In this document: piece by piece, positions 38,048 to 51,580 of the stretch | Position numbering within the stretch: the stretch's first letter is position 1 | How the letters are laid out: every line of letters starts with the position of its first letter | Assembly: GCA_951406725.2 (NCBI GenBank) | Contig: OX597824.1 | Span: forward strand, 10,292,001 to 10,356,000 | Origin: Octopus vulgaris | Taxonomy: Eukaryota | Direction of reading: 5' to 3' | Length of the DNA: 64,000 nt | The notes under the pieces: generated by a model | Told to the model about the DNA's origin: nothing | The model's database searches: none | Seen by the model: the letters and a program-made list of their open reading frames with translations, nothing else | Program-made: the position numbers and the translations under genes

Positions 38048-38445
38048 AGGCGGCGAGCTGGCAGAAACGTTAGCACGCCGGGCGAAATGCTTAGCGGTTT
38101 TTCGTCTGCCGCTACGTTCTGAGTTCAAATTCCGCCCAGGTCGACTTTGCCTTTCATCCTTTCGGGGGCGATTAAGTAAGTACCAGTTATGCACTGGGGT
38201 CGATATGATCGACAATCCGTTTGTCTGTCCTTGTTTGTCCCCTTTGTGTTTAGCCCCTTGTGGGTAGTAAAGAAATAGGTATTTCGTCTGTCGTTACGTT
38301 CTGAGTTCAAATTCCGCCGAGGTCGACTTTGCCTTTCATCCTTTCAGGGTCGATAAATAAAGTACCAGTTACACACTGGGTCGATATAATCGACTTAATC
38401 CGTTTGTACCCTCTATGTTTAGCCCCTTGTGGGCAGTAAAGAAAT
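38048..38445 (+). mobile_element. SINE family C (Meta-domain-like), body duplicated
   Basis: gcctttcatcctttcggggtcgat..aagtaccag domain; about 20-bp TSD ataatgtatgttatatcatc; other + copies at 8296-8527, 16082-16660, 39513-39735, 59388-59620 and 62176-62577. Confidence 0.8.
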
Positions 38446-38909
38446 ATATAATGTATGTTATATCATCTTTTTCTTTATCTAGAATTATATGCCCTGCCTT
38501 ATTTTTAAATGGTAGTCAAATAACAGTATAAAAATTCATTGCTTCATAGATTCAAAGTTAAAACTTCATGCTTGAGTGCTTTGTATAGATTTGTTAGAAC
38601 TTAAAATTACATTTCCTTTCTCATGTCGTCCGTTTAAATTAATGTATGAATGAATATCTAAATTTTAGGAAAGTTAAAAACCAACTTCGCCATTTTTACT
38701 AAGGGAAATAATTTACGACATAAGGGAGATAACTTATGTTTATGCTGTTACTCCATCGAGTCCTGATCGAGCAAATTTTGACCAAAGGCCACTTTTTTAA
38801 TGGCGTAAAAAATGTATGCTTCTGTTGTTTAAAAGATAGTAGTGTGTAATTTGAGGGAATTTTTTTCTTTTATTTCTAGTACGTTGTGCAACAACATAGA
38901 AGCTGTCTC

Positions 38910-39273
38910 GGATCTTTTCGCTTTGACCGGCAGATTTTTTAAATAATTTCTTTGTAACTAAACACCTTTAATCTTCGTATACTGGTAGAATGTGTGTATA
39001 AAACATCTGTCACAAATTCATATGACATCGCAAATAATTGTTGTTGACACACTACGGCAGAAAAGGTATTCACCTCAATAGACGTCATTGATTGGTTGAA
39101 ATTGCCGAAATGCAAAAAATTAAACAACAAATAGCTTACAAACTACAAAAATTTCCCAAGAAAGCCAAGAGAAAAAGATGTTTTATGAAACACACTACCA
39201 GTATACGAAATTTAAAAGTGTTTAGTTACAAAGAAATTATTTTAAAAATCTGCCGGTCAAAGTGAAAAGATTC
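38910..39273. mobile_element. Related MITE with long TIRs and 8-bp TSD
   Basis: ggatcttttcgctttgaccggcagat / atctgccggtcaaagtgaaaagattc; TSD gctgtctc / gctctctc. Confidence 0.8.
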
Positions 39274-40770
39274 GCTCTCTCTGAGTTCTATGGAGGTTTG
39301 TAGGCTTTTCAGAACCTACTAAGTTTTATACCTTATTTATTTTGATGGCCTAGATACTCTAAATGCAAGAGCATAAGCGACTGAAGACCAATTGAAAATC
39401 AATATATTTTACTTTATCAAAGGTTAATGTTATATGGTAATTGAGAGTGACTGACAACTAGTTGTGGATATCATCAATAGAAAGAGAATGATGGATACCT
39501 GTTAGTAATCCAAGGCGGTGAGCTGGCAGAAACATTAGCACGCCGGGCGGAATGCCTAGCGGTATTTCGTCTGCCGCTACGTTCTGCGTTCAAATTCTGC
39601 CAAGGTCGACTTTGCCTTTCATCCTTTCGGGATAAGTACCAGTTACGCACTGGGGTCGATGTAATCGACTTAATCCGTTTGTCTGTTCTTGTTTGTCCCC
39701 TTTGTGTTTAGCCCCTTGTGGGTAGTAGAGAAACAGGATACCTGTTAGAAATCCTGTTTTTCAGGTATTTTCTTTGGAGATTTATCTTTTACTTGTTTCA
39801 GTCATTAGACTGGCCAAGCTGGAGTACTGCCTCGAAGAATTTTTAGTCAAATTAATTGACCCCAGTACCTTTTTTCTTTTTTTTAGGCCTGGTACTTACT
39901 CTATTGATCTTTTTTGCCAAACCGTTAAGTTGTGCTAATATAAGTACACCGACACCAGTTGTCAAATGGTGATGCAAGACAAACACAGACAAAAAGACAC
40001 ATGAATAGCAACATATATATATACACACAATGAGCTTCTTTCAGTTTCCATCTACCAAATCCTCTCAGAAGGCTTTGATTGACCTGGGGCTATAGTAAAA
40101 GACACTTGCCCAAAGTGCTATGCAGTGGGACTGAACCCGGAACCATGTGGTTTGGAAGTAAACTTCTTATCACACAGTCTTGCCTGTGCCTATTTATTAA
40201 CTTATATTTCTGACATTATTTGTTTTTGTTTTTCATTTCTATTTTTTAAATCTAAGGTTCCATGTCTAAGTTCTTTGGGAAGTAAGATGGCAGAATCATT
40301 AGCATTCCAGGCATAAATGCTTTGCAGTATTTCATTTGTCTTCACATCCTGTGTTGTCAACTTTGCCTTTCAACCTTTCAGAGGTGATGAAATAAGGACC
40401 TATTTCTTTACTACCCACAAGGGGCTAAACACAGAAAGGACAAACAAGGACAGACACATGGATTAAGTCGATTACATCGACCCCAGTGCGTAACTGGTAC
40501 TTATTTAATCGACCCCGAAAGGATGAAAGGCAAAGTCGACCTCAGCGGAATCTGAACGTAACAGCTGACGAAATACGACTACGCATTTCACCCGGTGTGC
40601 TAACGTTTCTGCCAGCTCGCCGTGATGAAATAAGTACCGTTTGAGCACTGGTTGGGTGATGTAATCACTTACTCCCTCCCCTGAAATTGCTGGCCTTGTG
40701 CCCATATTTGAAACTGATATTTACCTCATATGTAAAAGCATTTCAATGTTATCTTTTCTCTCTGTTTCAG

Positions 40771-40829
40771 GGACAGCCTTGAAAAAGTAAACTCACCTGT
40801 AGTGTTTTGTCACAATGATTTACAAGAAG
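40771..40829 (+). CDS. CHKA: Choline kinase coding exon (Brenner phosphotransferase motif)
   Basis: tgtttcag / gtaacg; (M)DSLEKVNSPVVFCHNDLQE(G). Confidence 0.96.
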
Positions 40830-43800
40830 GTAACGTTAATTATCTTTTTAGTCTTTTATCACACTTGTTAATGTAGCTAACACTTTTGTTATAACCCATA
40901 TAAAAACATAAAAAAGCATATCTCCAATGTCAAAAAGATTTAATTATGAAATACCTCTGACATCCGAAGCCTGTACTTAGAAAAGCTTGCCATCGGCTTT
41001 AACTGTAAAGCCTGCCCCAAGAAACAGTGACTGTTTTTTCAGAAAAAAGTGCTTGTGCTTATGTGTGACTATTCAATGCAACAAATATTTCTACAGCTTT
41101 TCATTTGGTTTTGTTATTCAATGTTATAGATATATGTGTTTTGATTTTGTTATTTCCTTTTAAATAATGTCCAGTTTTCTGTCTTTTGAAACCAGGAGAT
41201 TTTTGTTGTTAAAATTGATGTCGTTATATATTATGTTTATTTTCCAATTTCTGTTTTACCCGCTTTTATCACAAAAAAGACTGAAGTTTTTTATAAAATA
41301 TCACAAGTCACTGTTTCTTTGTTTTGAACATGTTTCATGTTTCAATACTCATTAAACTAACCAACCTGATATTCTAACATTACTCTTGTTCAAAGATTCA
41401 ATGGTACTCACTTATTTACATTGGTTTAATCTTTAGAGAAAAAAATACATCTCTGCTGTCTTTGAAAGAGATGATGTTTTGCTAAAAAAAATACAGGCGG
41501 AATGTATTGAGGAGGCTCTTGTTATCATCTAAGGAAAAACAAAAGTCAGCTCAGAAGAGAGAATTTTCATCTCACTTACACACAGATGTTACATTTCCAT
41601 CGTAGATTTGCTGTTGTGTGTAACTTAGCATGGTCTTTTGGGCCATCCAAATAATAGCATCTCTTTCAGGATCCAAAACATATAAGAATATTCTGCTGCT
41701 GTTCCATATTTAGAACGTGGTTGGTCACTGTTATCAGCATCATCTTCATCTCTTTAGAAAGGAAAAGCATTGTTGTTTTTTTTTTTTTTTTTCAAAAAAG
41801 TTTCTATTTGATTGCAATTTAAACGTTATATTCTTGTAACCAAATAGTTACCAGAATGCTGTCTTCCTTCATGATATACATTTTGAAGACGGCTGAAGAT
41901 CTTTTCCCACAAACAGCAAATTTTTTCTCTGATGGGGCAAAAAGAATTTGTTTGTAAACATAAATTCCCTAGGTAGGTAACATGAGCTATATATTTCATA
42001 TGTTGCATTTCACAGAAGCATTTTATCCTGGTGGTTCTAGTGATTTTCCTTAATCATTCATTGGGGATTTCGGAAGCCCAGTGTCTTATTCTCAGGAGTT
42101 GAAGAGCTGACATCTTTGGGAGGAGGGTTTCACGGTTGGTAACTTCCTTTTACCATTATTTTGAACACTGAGAGCTTTAACAATTTCTATTTACTTTCGT
42201 CTAAAATTTTGTTTTCAAATGTTATTTCATTCACATTAGAACTGAATAAAAAAAAAAAAAAGAGAAAAATCAAAAACAGCTACAAAAATCTTCTATTTGA
42301 ATTAGATCAACACTGCTTCCTAAAACCTACACTGTTGTGGTAAACAAACATTTATATACAAAATTTGAAAAAATTATTTTTGAAAATAATTTTCTAGATA
42401 TTCTGAAAACATTGTTTTTATTTAGCAACAGTTAGTATCAATGGAAATTTGTTGTATTGAAAACAAATACTTCTAACAAAGCAAAAACACCACACACTTT
42501 TTAAAATCAATTACAAATAGCCATCTTCTGAGGCAAACCATTCCAGTATTTCTCTGTTGTACCTTTATAAGTTATATCAAACGAATATTTCAATCATTGT
42601 AATATAATTAATATATCAAGTCCTAACTCACATTGTCTTAGATGCAATATCATTTATTATTAGTGAAATAGAGCAAGAAAAGGTGTTATATATTTTTGAG
42701 TTTGCATTGACAGAATACTTTTCTAAATAATTAAGATTGTTTTTTTTTTAGTTTACTTCAGTTTTTTTTTTTTTTTTTTGGATAAAATATTCTTGTAAGA
42801 TAATTTAAGAAATTTTTCTTTGATACAAAATACAAAAAAAAACTATTGTAACCAGTGTTCAAATAACACATCTTTCCTCTTTTGAATACCTATAGTTTCT
42901 GCCACCTACTTCTATGGTTAATCCATATTACTCTGTAAGGAGCATAGGGCCTGTCTCTTGGTTTCTTTGATGTATATATTCCCCCATGTATGGGACATTG
43001 GCCTTTCATAGGATTACATATTTTTGCCAACTGAGTGGGCTGGAACAATGTAAAATGAAGTGTTTTACTCAAGAACACAAATCGTTGCCCAGTTCAGGAA
43101 TCGAAACCACAATCTTATGATCAGGAGTCCGACATCCTAACCACTAAGCCATGCACCTCCACCATCTACTTCTCTATTTCTACTTTATTCATTAATCATG
43201 TCTCATCTGTATAACCATCTTCTCCGTGAGTTTACTTTTCTATACTGTATTTGGTTGGAGTATGAAGTCTATGAAATGTTTTGCTGTATAACAATAACAC
43301 ATTGGATGTTATTATCATCTAAACTATTTCATTCTTTCAAGTTCGTTTCAAAAATCTAAAGAATGCAATAGTCTAGATATAAAGATGATTTCATTGAAGT
43401 ACTTAAACAGGATTTACTTCATTGATTCTTTCCTTTCTGTTGACCCTGTATACTAATTCTTCAGGCCTTGTCTGCTGCGCCTTCTCCACTGGAACTTGTA
43501 CAATATACCCAGCTTTCTGCTTTTTACCATTTCTACCATGTTTCTATATTTTAACTCTGCATCACACATTATATGGTCATCCCTATGTCTCTGTGGAACT
43601 CTAAAACAATGCATTCCAGTTTTTCAACTACCATATTGATTTCTCATTCATACCTAACCTGATTGTAGAAAGCCTTAATAAGGCTACCGATATGTCCTTT
43701 CTCCTCATAATTATCAGGAAACAAAGTAAGAATAGAAGACCATTCATAGTGAATATTTAGATTCTGTTTTCAGAGGCTGGGTCTAGTTTCAAATTCTATG

Positions 43801-44349
43801 GCTACGTTGTCTATTTCAGTAGAGATATCTCTGCTTTGGTAGCATCCTCTATCATTATCCCTATGTTGTGTATCACAATACCATTTAGCAGATATGTTTC
43901 ATTGGTACCTTACAGTACCTTGTTTGTGGTACTCTGCAGTGTAGATATCTCTGTTTTGGTAGCATCCCACAATATTGATATCCCTGTGTTTTATGGCACA
44001 ATTCAGTATAGATATCTACATGATTTGTTGGTACCTTACAATATAGATATTTTGACCCTGAATTATTTATCTCTTGTTTTGCTTTGAACTTTCCAGTTGA
44101 GTCTATATGATCAATATATTGGAGTTTCTATTCATTGTTGGTCTTAAAGTTCTCAATTTGTTCCTTATATTCCATGCATTTATTCAGAAATCACCTAGCT
44201 GTCAGTTAGCAACTTAGATGATAATAACATATCAATCACTTTATGTATATCTATTGAGGGTGAAATGGCCCAGTAGATAAAGAATTGGATTACCTGTTAA
44301 TGACTAATGAGTTCAAATCTGCTATTAGTATTTCATTGTTTTTCTAAAC

Positions 44350-45100
44350 AGAATCTTTATATTCCCCCAACCAATTTCACCATAACAAATTGGCACCAGA
44401 TCAAACTACTCCAGCTTTAAACCATAATCATCTTAGCTTGCCTTTCTATTGAATATAAAATCTGGTTCTTATTTCCGCCTACTTTGTATTAAACTCCTCA
44501 CATATAGAATGTATACCTGGTGGATATCTTTGATCACAAAAAAAATCTCCAAATATACATCCATAATTATTAGAGTTTATATGACTATCTAAAAATCTAT
44601 AACTATCTAAAATGAGTTTTGTTTATTCAAATATAATTTTCTAAAATGTTAACTGCATCTTCAGAGATGAAATATTTTTTACTATAATAATCATCTGCCT
44701 TTTGGTAGATTAACGATTGAACAGTTTTCGATAGCAAAATGTTCTTTAACTATCATATCTATCTACTGTACTTCCTGTATATTGAACTCAACAACACTAC
44801 TTTATAAAATATAGTCTAAACTACTCCATATTTTTTTGAAAATGCAACTGTTTGTTCTTATCAACATTCAACTGCCAGTAGGATTCTTCAAGGTTCTATA
44901 TTCTTTTACTCTTTTACTTGTTTCAGTCATTTGACTGTGGCCATGCTGGAGCACCACCTTTAGTCGAGCAAATCGACCCCAGGACTTATTCTTTGTAAGC
45001 CTAGTACTTATTCTATCGGTCTCTTTTGCCGAACCGCTAAGTTATGGGGACATAAACACACCAGCATCGGTTGTCAAGCGATGTTGGGGGACAAACACAG

Positions 45101-45143
<43 letters not shown>

Positions 45144-45420
45144 CATATATACGACGGGCTTCTTTCAGTTTCCATCTACCAAATCCACTCACAAGGCTTT
45201 GGTTGGCCTGAGGCTATAGTAGAAGACACTTGCCCAAGGTGCCATGCAGTGGGACTGAACCCAGAACCATGTGGTTGGTTAGCAACCTACTTATCACACA
45301 GCCACTCCTACGCCTAGGAGTTATTGTATAACTTTTTTCAATTTCTGATACCAATTCTTGTCTCAACTGAATCTATCTTACGGATAGCACCATTTAATTA
45401 TTTTTGAACTTCATCTATTT
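44350..45420 (+). mobile_element. Very decayed LINE RT remnant split by a SINE
   Basis: ILQGSI|LG (PQGS.LG motif) interrupted by the SINE at about 44903-45314; other motifs barely readable. Confidence 0.35.
44903..45314 (-). mobile_element. SINE family B
   Basis: Reverse complement of 30703-31100; other minus copies at 9860-10252, 39782-40190 and 63560-63940. Confidence 0.8.
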
Positions 45421-46434
45421 GTATTCATAAAAAGGAGATCTTTTACTTGAAAACCATACATTAGTTTCCTGTTACATCAACACTAATACCCCATCACTTG
45501 TTCCCTTACTATTCTTACTTGCACTAGTACTGCCACATTTTTTTGTTATTGTTGGTCCCAGGTCAGCCCTGATCCAGCAGATTAAAGAAATTCTAGTTGA
45601 AAACATCCCACCTTCACTTCAGATATTGTGTATCTAGGGCTATGCTATCTAGACTGTTTTTTCCTTTTAAGAAAGTAGAGTATGATTTGGAGGAGATTGG
45701 CTGCTATTATTAGCAATACTGAATGGCCTCCTAGATACTCTGTAAGTGGGGAAGGTATTCAGAACCTTACTCTGGACAAAACACTGTGCCTCTAACAGTG
45801 AAATTTGTGATTCTTCAATTCAATACCTGATCATCATAGTCATCATTTAGCAGGTGCCTTTTACATGTCACTGGCACTGACCACAATATTACTTGGCTTG
45901 ATGCTAATATTTTGTTCCTTTAGCCAGTGTGACGTACCATTTTTCTTAACGCTCCTCTTAATGACCTTTGAATTATGAAAGTGTCGTCTCCCTGAAGTCT
46001 CATTCTGGTGACAGAATGACTTTTGACACCTCTCCATTGTGTAAATTTATTTTAGTTTCAGAAATACTATTTTACCTAAATAAGTTGGTCTTATCTTTGA
46101 GTCTAAATCCTGTCTGACCTAATTACAATAAAAGGGAAATGTAATGAATGTCAGAACTTGTAAACTGAGTCAGTAAAAAAGGTCACAAAATGGATCGACT
46201 CTTAACTAAAGTCAGGAGCATTTTCATGTTGAGAGCGGGAGGGAAAAACTTTTGTCAAACTCGTCTACTTTTATCAAATCTGGTACATTATTGACTAGAA
46301 ATTTTAATGCATGCATTATTACTGATTGCAACCACTAAGATAGCAGAATATTTAGACTCTTATTATTAAATATATCAACATTTTTGAAAAACACCAAATT
46401 AAAACTCTTTTTTCCCATTTTGTTTCTCTTGCAG

Positions 46435-46519
46435 GAAATGTATTAATTCTCGACTCCTGTACTGATCCACTAAAGAAGCTAACAGTCATTGATTGGGAGT
46501 ATTGTGCTTACAATTATAG
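46435..46519 (+). CDS. CHKA: Choline kinase coding exon (choline kinase motif start)
   Basis: ctcttgcag / gtatgt; (G)NVLILDSCTDPLKKLTVIDWEYCAYNY(R). Confidence 0.96.
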
Positions 46520-46697
46520 GTATGTGTTGTCTGTGTGTGTTTATCTTTTACTTGTTTTGATCATTGGAATGTGGCTATGCTAGGGCACCACCTTCAAAGG
46601 TTTTAGCCAATAAATTGACCCTAGTACTTATGTTTTAAGTCTGGTACCTATTGTGTCAAACTCTTTTGCTGAACTGCTTGGTTACAGGGAGATAAAC

Positions 46698-47112
46698 TCC
46701 GACGCCTGGCAGCTGACTTGGCAGACACCCATAAAATTACAAACCATCTTACAAACAATAACTCTGAGCACCTTTTCAAACTCCACCTGTCTAACACCCG
46801 TGGACATATTTACAAAGTCAGAAAACAGCACAGCTCCCATGACTTTCGGAAACATTTTTTCACGCTGAGAGTTGCTGAAGCATGGAACAAACTGCCAGCA
46901 TCAGTTGTTAGTTGTTGGAGCACTGCATCCTTCAAAACTTCCATGCTTCCTGAGATTCGCCAACACTACACCTGATTTTCTCCCTCCATAAACACGCAAG
47001 CATGTATCTGACTCATTCACTGTTCACTTCCCAGACATTTGTACATTACTGCATATGCTTTATACGCACTTTTGACAAGTTGTGGTGCACCTGAGCACTG
47101 TATACAATAAGT

Positions 47113-47141
<29 letters not shown>
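46698..47141 (+). mobile_element. CR1-clade LINE 3' end inserted into a SINE
   Basis: NTRGHIYKVRK...RKHFFTLRVAEAWNKLP; (ATT)n tail; ataaac duplicated at 46692-46697 and 47142-47147. Confidence 0.88.
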
Positions 47142-47143
<2 letters not shown>

Positions 47144-47544
47144 AAACAAAGCAGCATTGTTTGTCAAGTGGTTGGTGAGGGGAAATAAAGATGCACATAT
47201 TTAGGAATTTATATTTATATACAAAGATACAAATAAGCTGGAAATGATCTATTCCATTTCAATCACAGATTTTTTAAATTAATTGTTTTTAACTAAACAG
47301 TTTGAAACTTTGAATACTGGTAGAATTTCTCACATAGAACATGGTTTACTCTGAGCGTTTTTGACAAAATTTCACATTTTAGCTGTTATATCATGTTAAC
47401 CCCTTGACACTGGTATTACCCAAAGCATGCAAGACACTGCTCCGTTTTTTTTTTTATCTAATGAGGCCACACAAACACAAAAGTGCCAACGAGCTCGCGT
47501 CTATTTACCTTCACCGTTACAATAACATAGCGTCGTACATTTAT

Positions 47545-47804
47545 GTCTATAGTATCCAAAGTGTAGAGTATTATATATCCATTATAGCTGATCTTACCAA
47601 TTGGTTTCGCACTAGGGATTCAAGTGAGTGTTAGGTAACAATCTGATTATGTAACCCTGCATTCATCAGAGAATAACGGCTACCTCTGTGCAGGGTTACG
47701 TAATCAGATTGTTACCTAACACTCACTTGAATCCCTAGTGCAAAACTGATTGGTAAGATCAGCTGTAATCGATTATATAATACTGTACACTTCGGATAAT
47801 AGAC
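47545..47804. repeat. Fold-back element, about 115-bp inverted arms with 27-nt loop
   Basis: Arms 47545-47661 and 47689-47804 are reverse complements with few mismatches. Confidence 0.85.
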
Positions 47805-47885
47805 TCACTCTGTTGTCAGATATACAAGTGCATTTTTTTCCTGACTTATGGACTCTTAGGCGACTTACACAGACATATAGATAAC

Positions 47886-48061
47886 ATTATTTAGAATTAT
47901 AATTTAGGGTATCTAAGAGATATCATCACGCTGGGAATAGCAGTCAAAAGTTGACTCTAAAACTACATTAAATATTTAATGTGGTTTTAGAGTCAAGTTT
48001 TAACTGCTATTTCTGGTGAGGTGGTATCCCTTAGATACCCTAAATTATAATTTTAAATAAT
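47886..48061. repeat. Loopless imperfect palindrome, about 88-bp arms
   Basis: Centre acattaaat|atttaatgt at 47973/47974; arms pair out to attatttagaatt / aattttaaataat. Confidence 0.85.
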
Positions 48062-48171
48062 TATTACCTTTGAAAGGTTTTTATTCCTATGCTGGCCACC
48101 TGATAAAATCAGTATGTAAATATCGATCTTATCCTTATTTATATAACACACACACACACACACACACATCA

Positions 48172-48443
48172 TTCATCATCATCGTTTAGCGTCCGTTTTC
48201 CATGCTAGCATGGGTTGGACGGTTCTACTGGGGTCTGTGAAGCCAGAAGGCTTCATCAGGCCCAGTCAAATCTGGCAGTGTTTCTACGGCTGGATGCCCT
48301 TCCTAACGCCTGAGTGTAGTGGGTGCTTTTTACGTGCCACCCGCACTGGTGCCAGACAGAGCTGGCAAACGGCCACGAACGGATGGTGCTTTTTATGTGC
48401 CACCGGCACGAGGGCCAGGCCAGGCTGGCAACGGACACGAAAC
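48172..48443 (-). mobile_element. Family A SINE
   Basis: Family match; other minus copies at 16850-17150, 23198-23713 and 37001-37365. Confidence 0.8.
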
Positions 48444-48642
48444 GATATATATATATTTATATTTCATTACTAATATAAGGGTAAATAATTATGAATTTTA
48501 AAATTAATAATTATTACCAAGTAGTTTCGGTATGGAAAGAGAACCATATATCTGTAGTAAATAGGAATAAGCAGTCTTTGGCTGCTATTTCTAAATTTTT
48601 GGTATGTGGTTAAGCAACTTGTTGCTTAACCCTAATAATATA

Positions 48643-48677
<35 letters not shown>

Positions 48678-48715
48678 ATATGTATGTATGTATATATATT
48701 TGGATATTTTTGCAG

Positions 48716-48824
48716 GGGATTTGATCTTGGCAATCACTTCTTGGAATGGTGTTATGATTACAATGTGGATGAACCTCCTTATTTTGCATTTTATGAAGAA
48801 GGTTACCCATCTAAAAAACAACAG
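48716..48824 (+). CDS. CHKA: Choline kinase coding exon
   Basis: tttttgcag / gtaagt; (R)GFDLGNHFLEWCYDYNVDEPPYFAFYEEGYPSKKQQ. Confidence 0.96.
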
Positions 48825-49224
48825 GTAAGTTCGTTTGTTAATTTCTATCAGCCTGCGCACTCTCAGTAACCCTACTGGTTTATCATTGCAGTGTTATTGT
48901 TATCCCATTGTATACAGTCTTATAAGTACAGTTGTTATACCTTTACACCACTAATACCACTGACTACTTTACAGGAGTCTAACAAGACTGTCAGCTTTAG
49001 AGAATTATAACAGGTTTTCAAATTTTCTTTGAAAAATCTATAAATATAAGAGTAATTATTTTTCAAAATTATGAGTATTTAAACAATATAGATGAGTGTT
49101 GTATTTTGTATGAAGCATTGCAGAATATGTAGAAAATCAATGTGTTGTAGAAAGTAAAAGAAACATGTCAGATAAATCTATTTTTCTTTTCTCACTTATT
49201 TTAATCAAAATGGACAAAATCAAA

Positions 49225-50060
49225 AGCAAACTCGATGAACATTAATGGAATTTGTAGTTTTGCGGTACCAGTGCCGGTGGCACATACGAAAACCATCCGA
49301 ACGTGGCCGTAGCCAGTACCGCATTGACTGGCCTCCGTGCCGGTGGCACGTAAAAAACACCATCCGAGCGTGGCCGTTCGCCAGCCTCGTCTGGCACCTG
49401 TGTCGGTGGCACATAAAATCACCCACAACACACTCTCGGAGTGGTTGGCGTTAGGAAGGGCATCCAGCTGTAGAAACACTGCCAGATCTGACTGGCCTGG
49501 TGCAGCCTTCGGGCTTCCCAGACCCCAGTTGAACCGTCCAACCCATGCTAGCATGGAAAGCGGACGTTAAACGATGATGATGATTATATTTCATTTAAAC
49601 AATTTTAACAAATCAGTCGACTGTATTTTCTCCTTCATTGTTTATGATTTCTTGCCATTGAGGAGAGCTGTGCTTGAGGAGACCTATTGAGTCAAGTACA
49701 TCAACATCAAAAAATCAAATGGAAATCGTAGTTGTGATACCTGTGCCGGTGGCATGTAAAAAGCACCATCTGAACGTGGCCTATGCCAGCGCCACCTTGA
49801 CTGGCTTCCATGCCGGTGGCACATAAAAGCATCAACCGATCGTGGCTGTTGCCAGCCTCCCCTGGCACCTGTGCCAGTGGCATGTAAAAAGCACCCACTA
49901 CCCTCATGGAGTGGTTGGCATTAGGAAGGGCATCCAGCTGTAGAAAACCATGCCAGATCAGACTGGAGCCTGGTGCAGCCTCCTGGCTTCCCAGACCTCA
50001 GTCGAACCATCCAACCCATGCTAGCATGGAAAACGGGCATTAAACGATGATGATGATGAT
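49225..50060 (+). mobile_element. Two family A SINEs
   Basis: Tails at 49585 and 50060; other + copies at 12690-13190, 22125-22398 and 53120-53650. Confidence 0.8.
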
Positions 50061-50534
50061 TCTGCTAGCTTGTAAATTCCTTGATTGTAGAAGTCATGAA
50101 GTCTTGACTAATTAGCTCAAATAACATTGAAAAGAAATGAACGAATTTATCTGACAATCTGAAAACACCTCAAATATGAAAAATGACAATAACAAAAATA
50201 TTGAAATGTTACCTTGGAAATATTTAATTAGTCCTGATATTTCAAGGTAAAAATTCCTTCGCAAATTACTTTAGAGAATGTGTGTGAGAGACAGACAGGA
50301 AGAGCAATTCTTGGTGATAGTCAAACTGAGTTGGCAATTATTGCTTTCACAATATTGCCTGATAAGCTGAATCTACTATGAACTAAATTACAATAAACTG
50401 TATTGCGTATATGCTTGAAAAACACAGGTAAATGATGCAGAAGCATGCTGTGAACAACACTAATCAGCAGTTTAGGATATATACTGTGAAAAACACTGGG
50501 AAACATAGAATATGTGCTCTGAGTGTGACTGACA

Positions 50535-50821
50535 AACCTTGTTCCTTCTCGAGCCACACCTGGCTCATAAGGGCCGGTTTCCTTGGTGCATAGGTTCCTC
50601 ACCTGGACGGGACGCTGGACCGTCGCAGGTGAGCTGCAAGATGCAGGAGGAAAGAGTGAGAGAAAGTTGTGGCGAAAGAGTCAGCAGAAGTTCGCCATTA
50701 CCTTCTGCCGGAGCCGCGTGGAGCTTAGGTGTTTCACTCATAAACACACACATCGCCCGGTCTGAGATTCGAACCCGCAATCCCTTGACTTCAAGTCTGC
50801 TGCTCTAACCACTAGGCCATG
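50535..50821 (-). mobile_element. SINE, same family as 11523-11821
   Basis: High identity with 11530-11812. Confidence 0.85.
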
Positions 50822-50917
50822 GTACAGGTGTATTCTATGAACACTGTTGTATGGTAAATTGCTAAGTGTTCCTCAATACCCAACATTGAGTATGTTTGCT
50901 CCTTCACTTAAAAATAA

Positions 50918-51166
<249 letters not shown>

Positions 51167-51229
51167 TGAAAATCACTAATGTGATGGGGTATCCAAAAGA
51201 AACCAGAATTTCTCAATATTATTTTATTC

Positions 51230-51580
51230 TCCTACTTTTACATATTTACACCTTTATCACCTTCAAAGTATTCTCCATTTGAAGCAATGCATCAATCCAA
51301 ACACATTTTCCACTCTTTGAAGCAGTCCTGGAACTCCTGCAAAGTGATGCCTTTTAACACCTCCATCATTTTTTTTATGTTATTAATCTGTATTATGAAA
51401 GTAAGTCAAAAATTATATGCACTCTTTTTTCTGTATTTAATTAAAACAATGCCATGAGTTGAACAATTACATCATATTTCAACATGGTCTCCTTGCTTTA
51501 CGATGCATTTCTTCCAGCAGTCCACAATCTTTCTTATTCCATTGGAGAAGAAGGTTTTCAGCTGGTTGCACAACCATTTA
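51230..51580 (-). mobile_element. Two mariner transposase C-terminal relics
   Basis: FQDCFKEWKMCLD*CIASNGEYFEGD and FFSNGIRKIVDCWKKCIVKQGDHVE on minus. Confidence 0.7.

Noticed and set aside
43820-44050. Degenerate about 120-bp duplication (agatatctctg.tttggtagcatcc)
   Set aside because: Old low-copy tandem decay with no interpretable coding or structural signal.
48090-48560. Further hammerhead halves (ctgataa + stem near 48099; stem + gaaactac on minus near 48520)
   Set aside because: Each lacks the partner core box and stem I.
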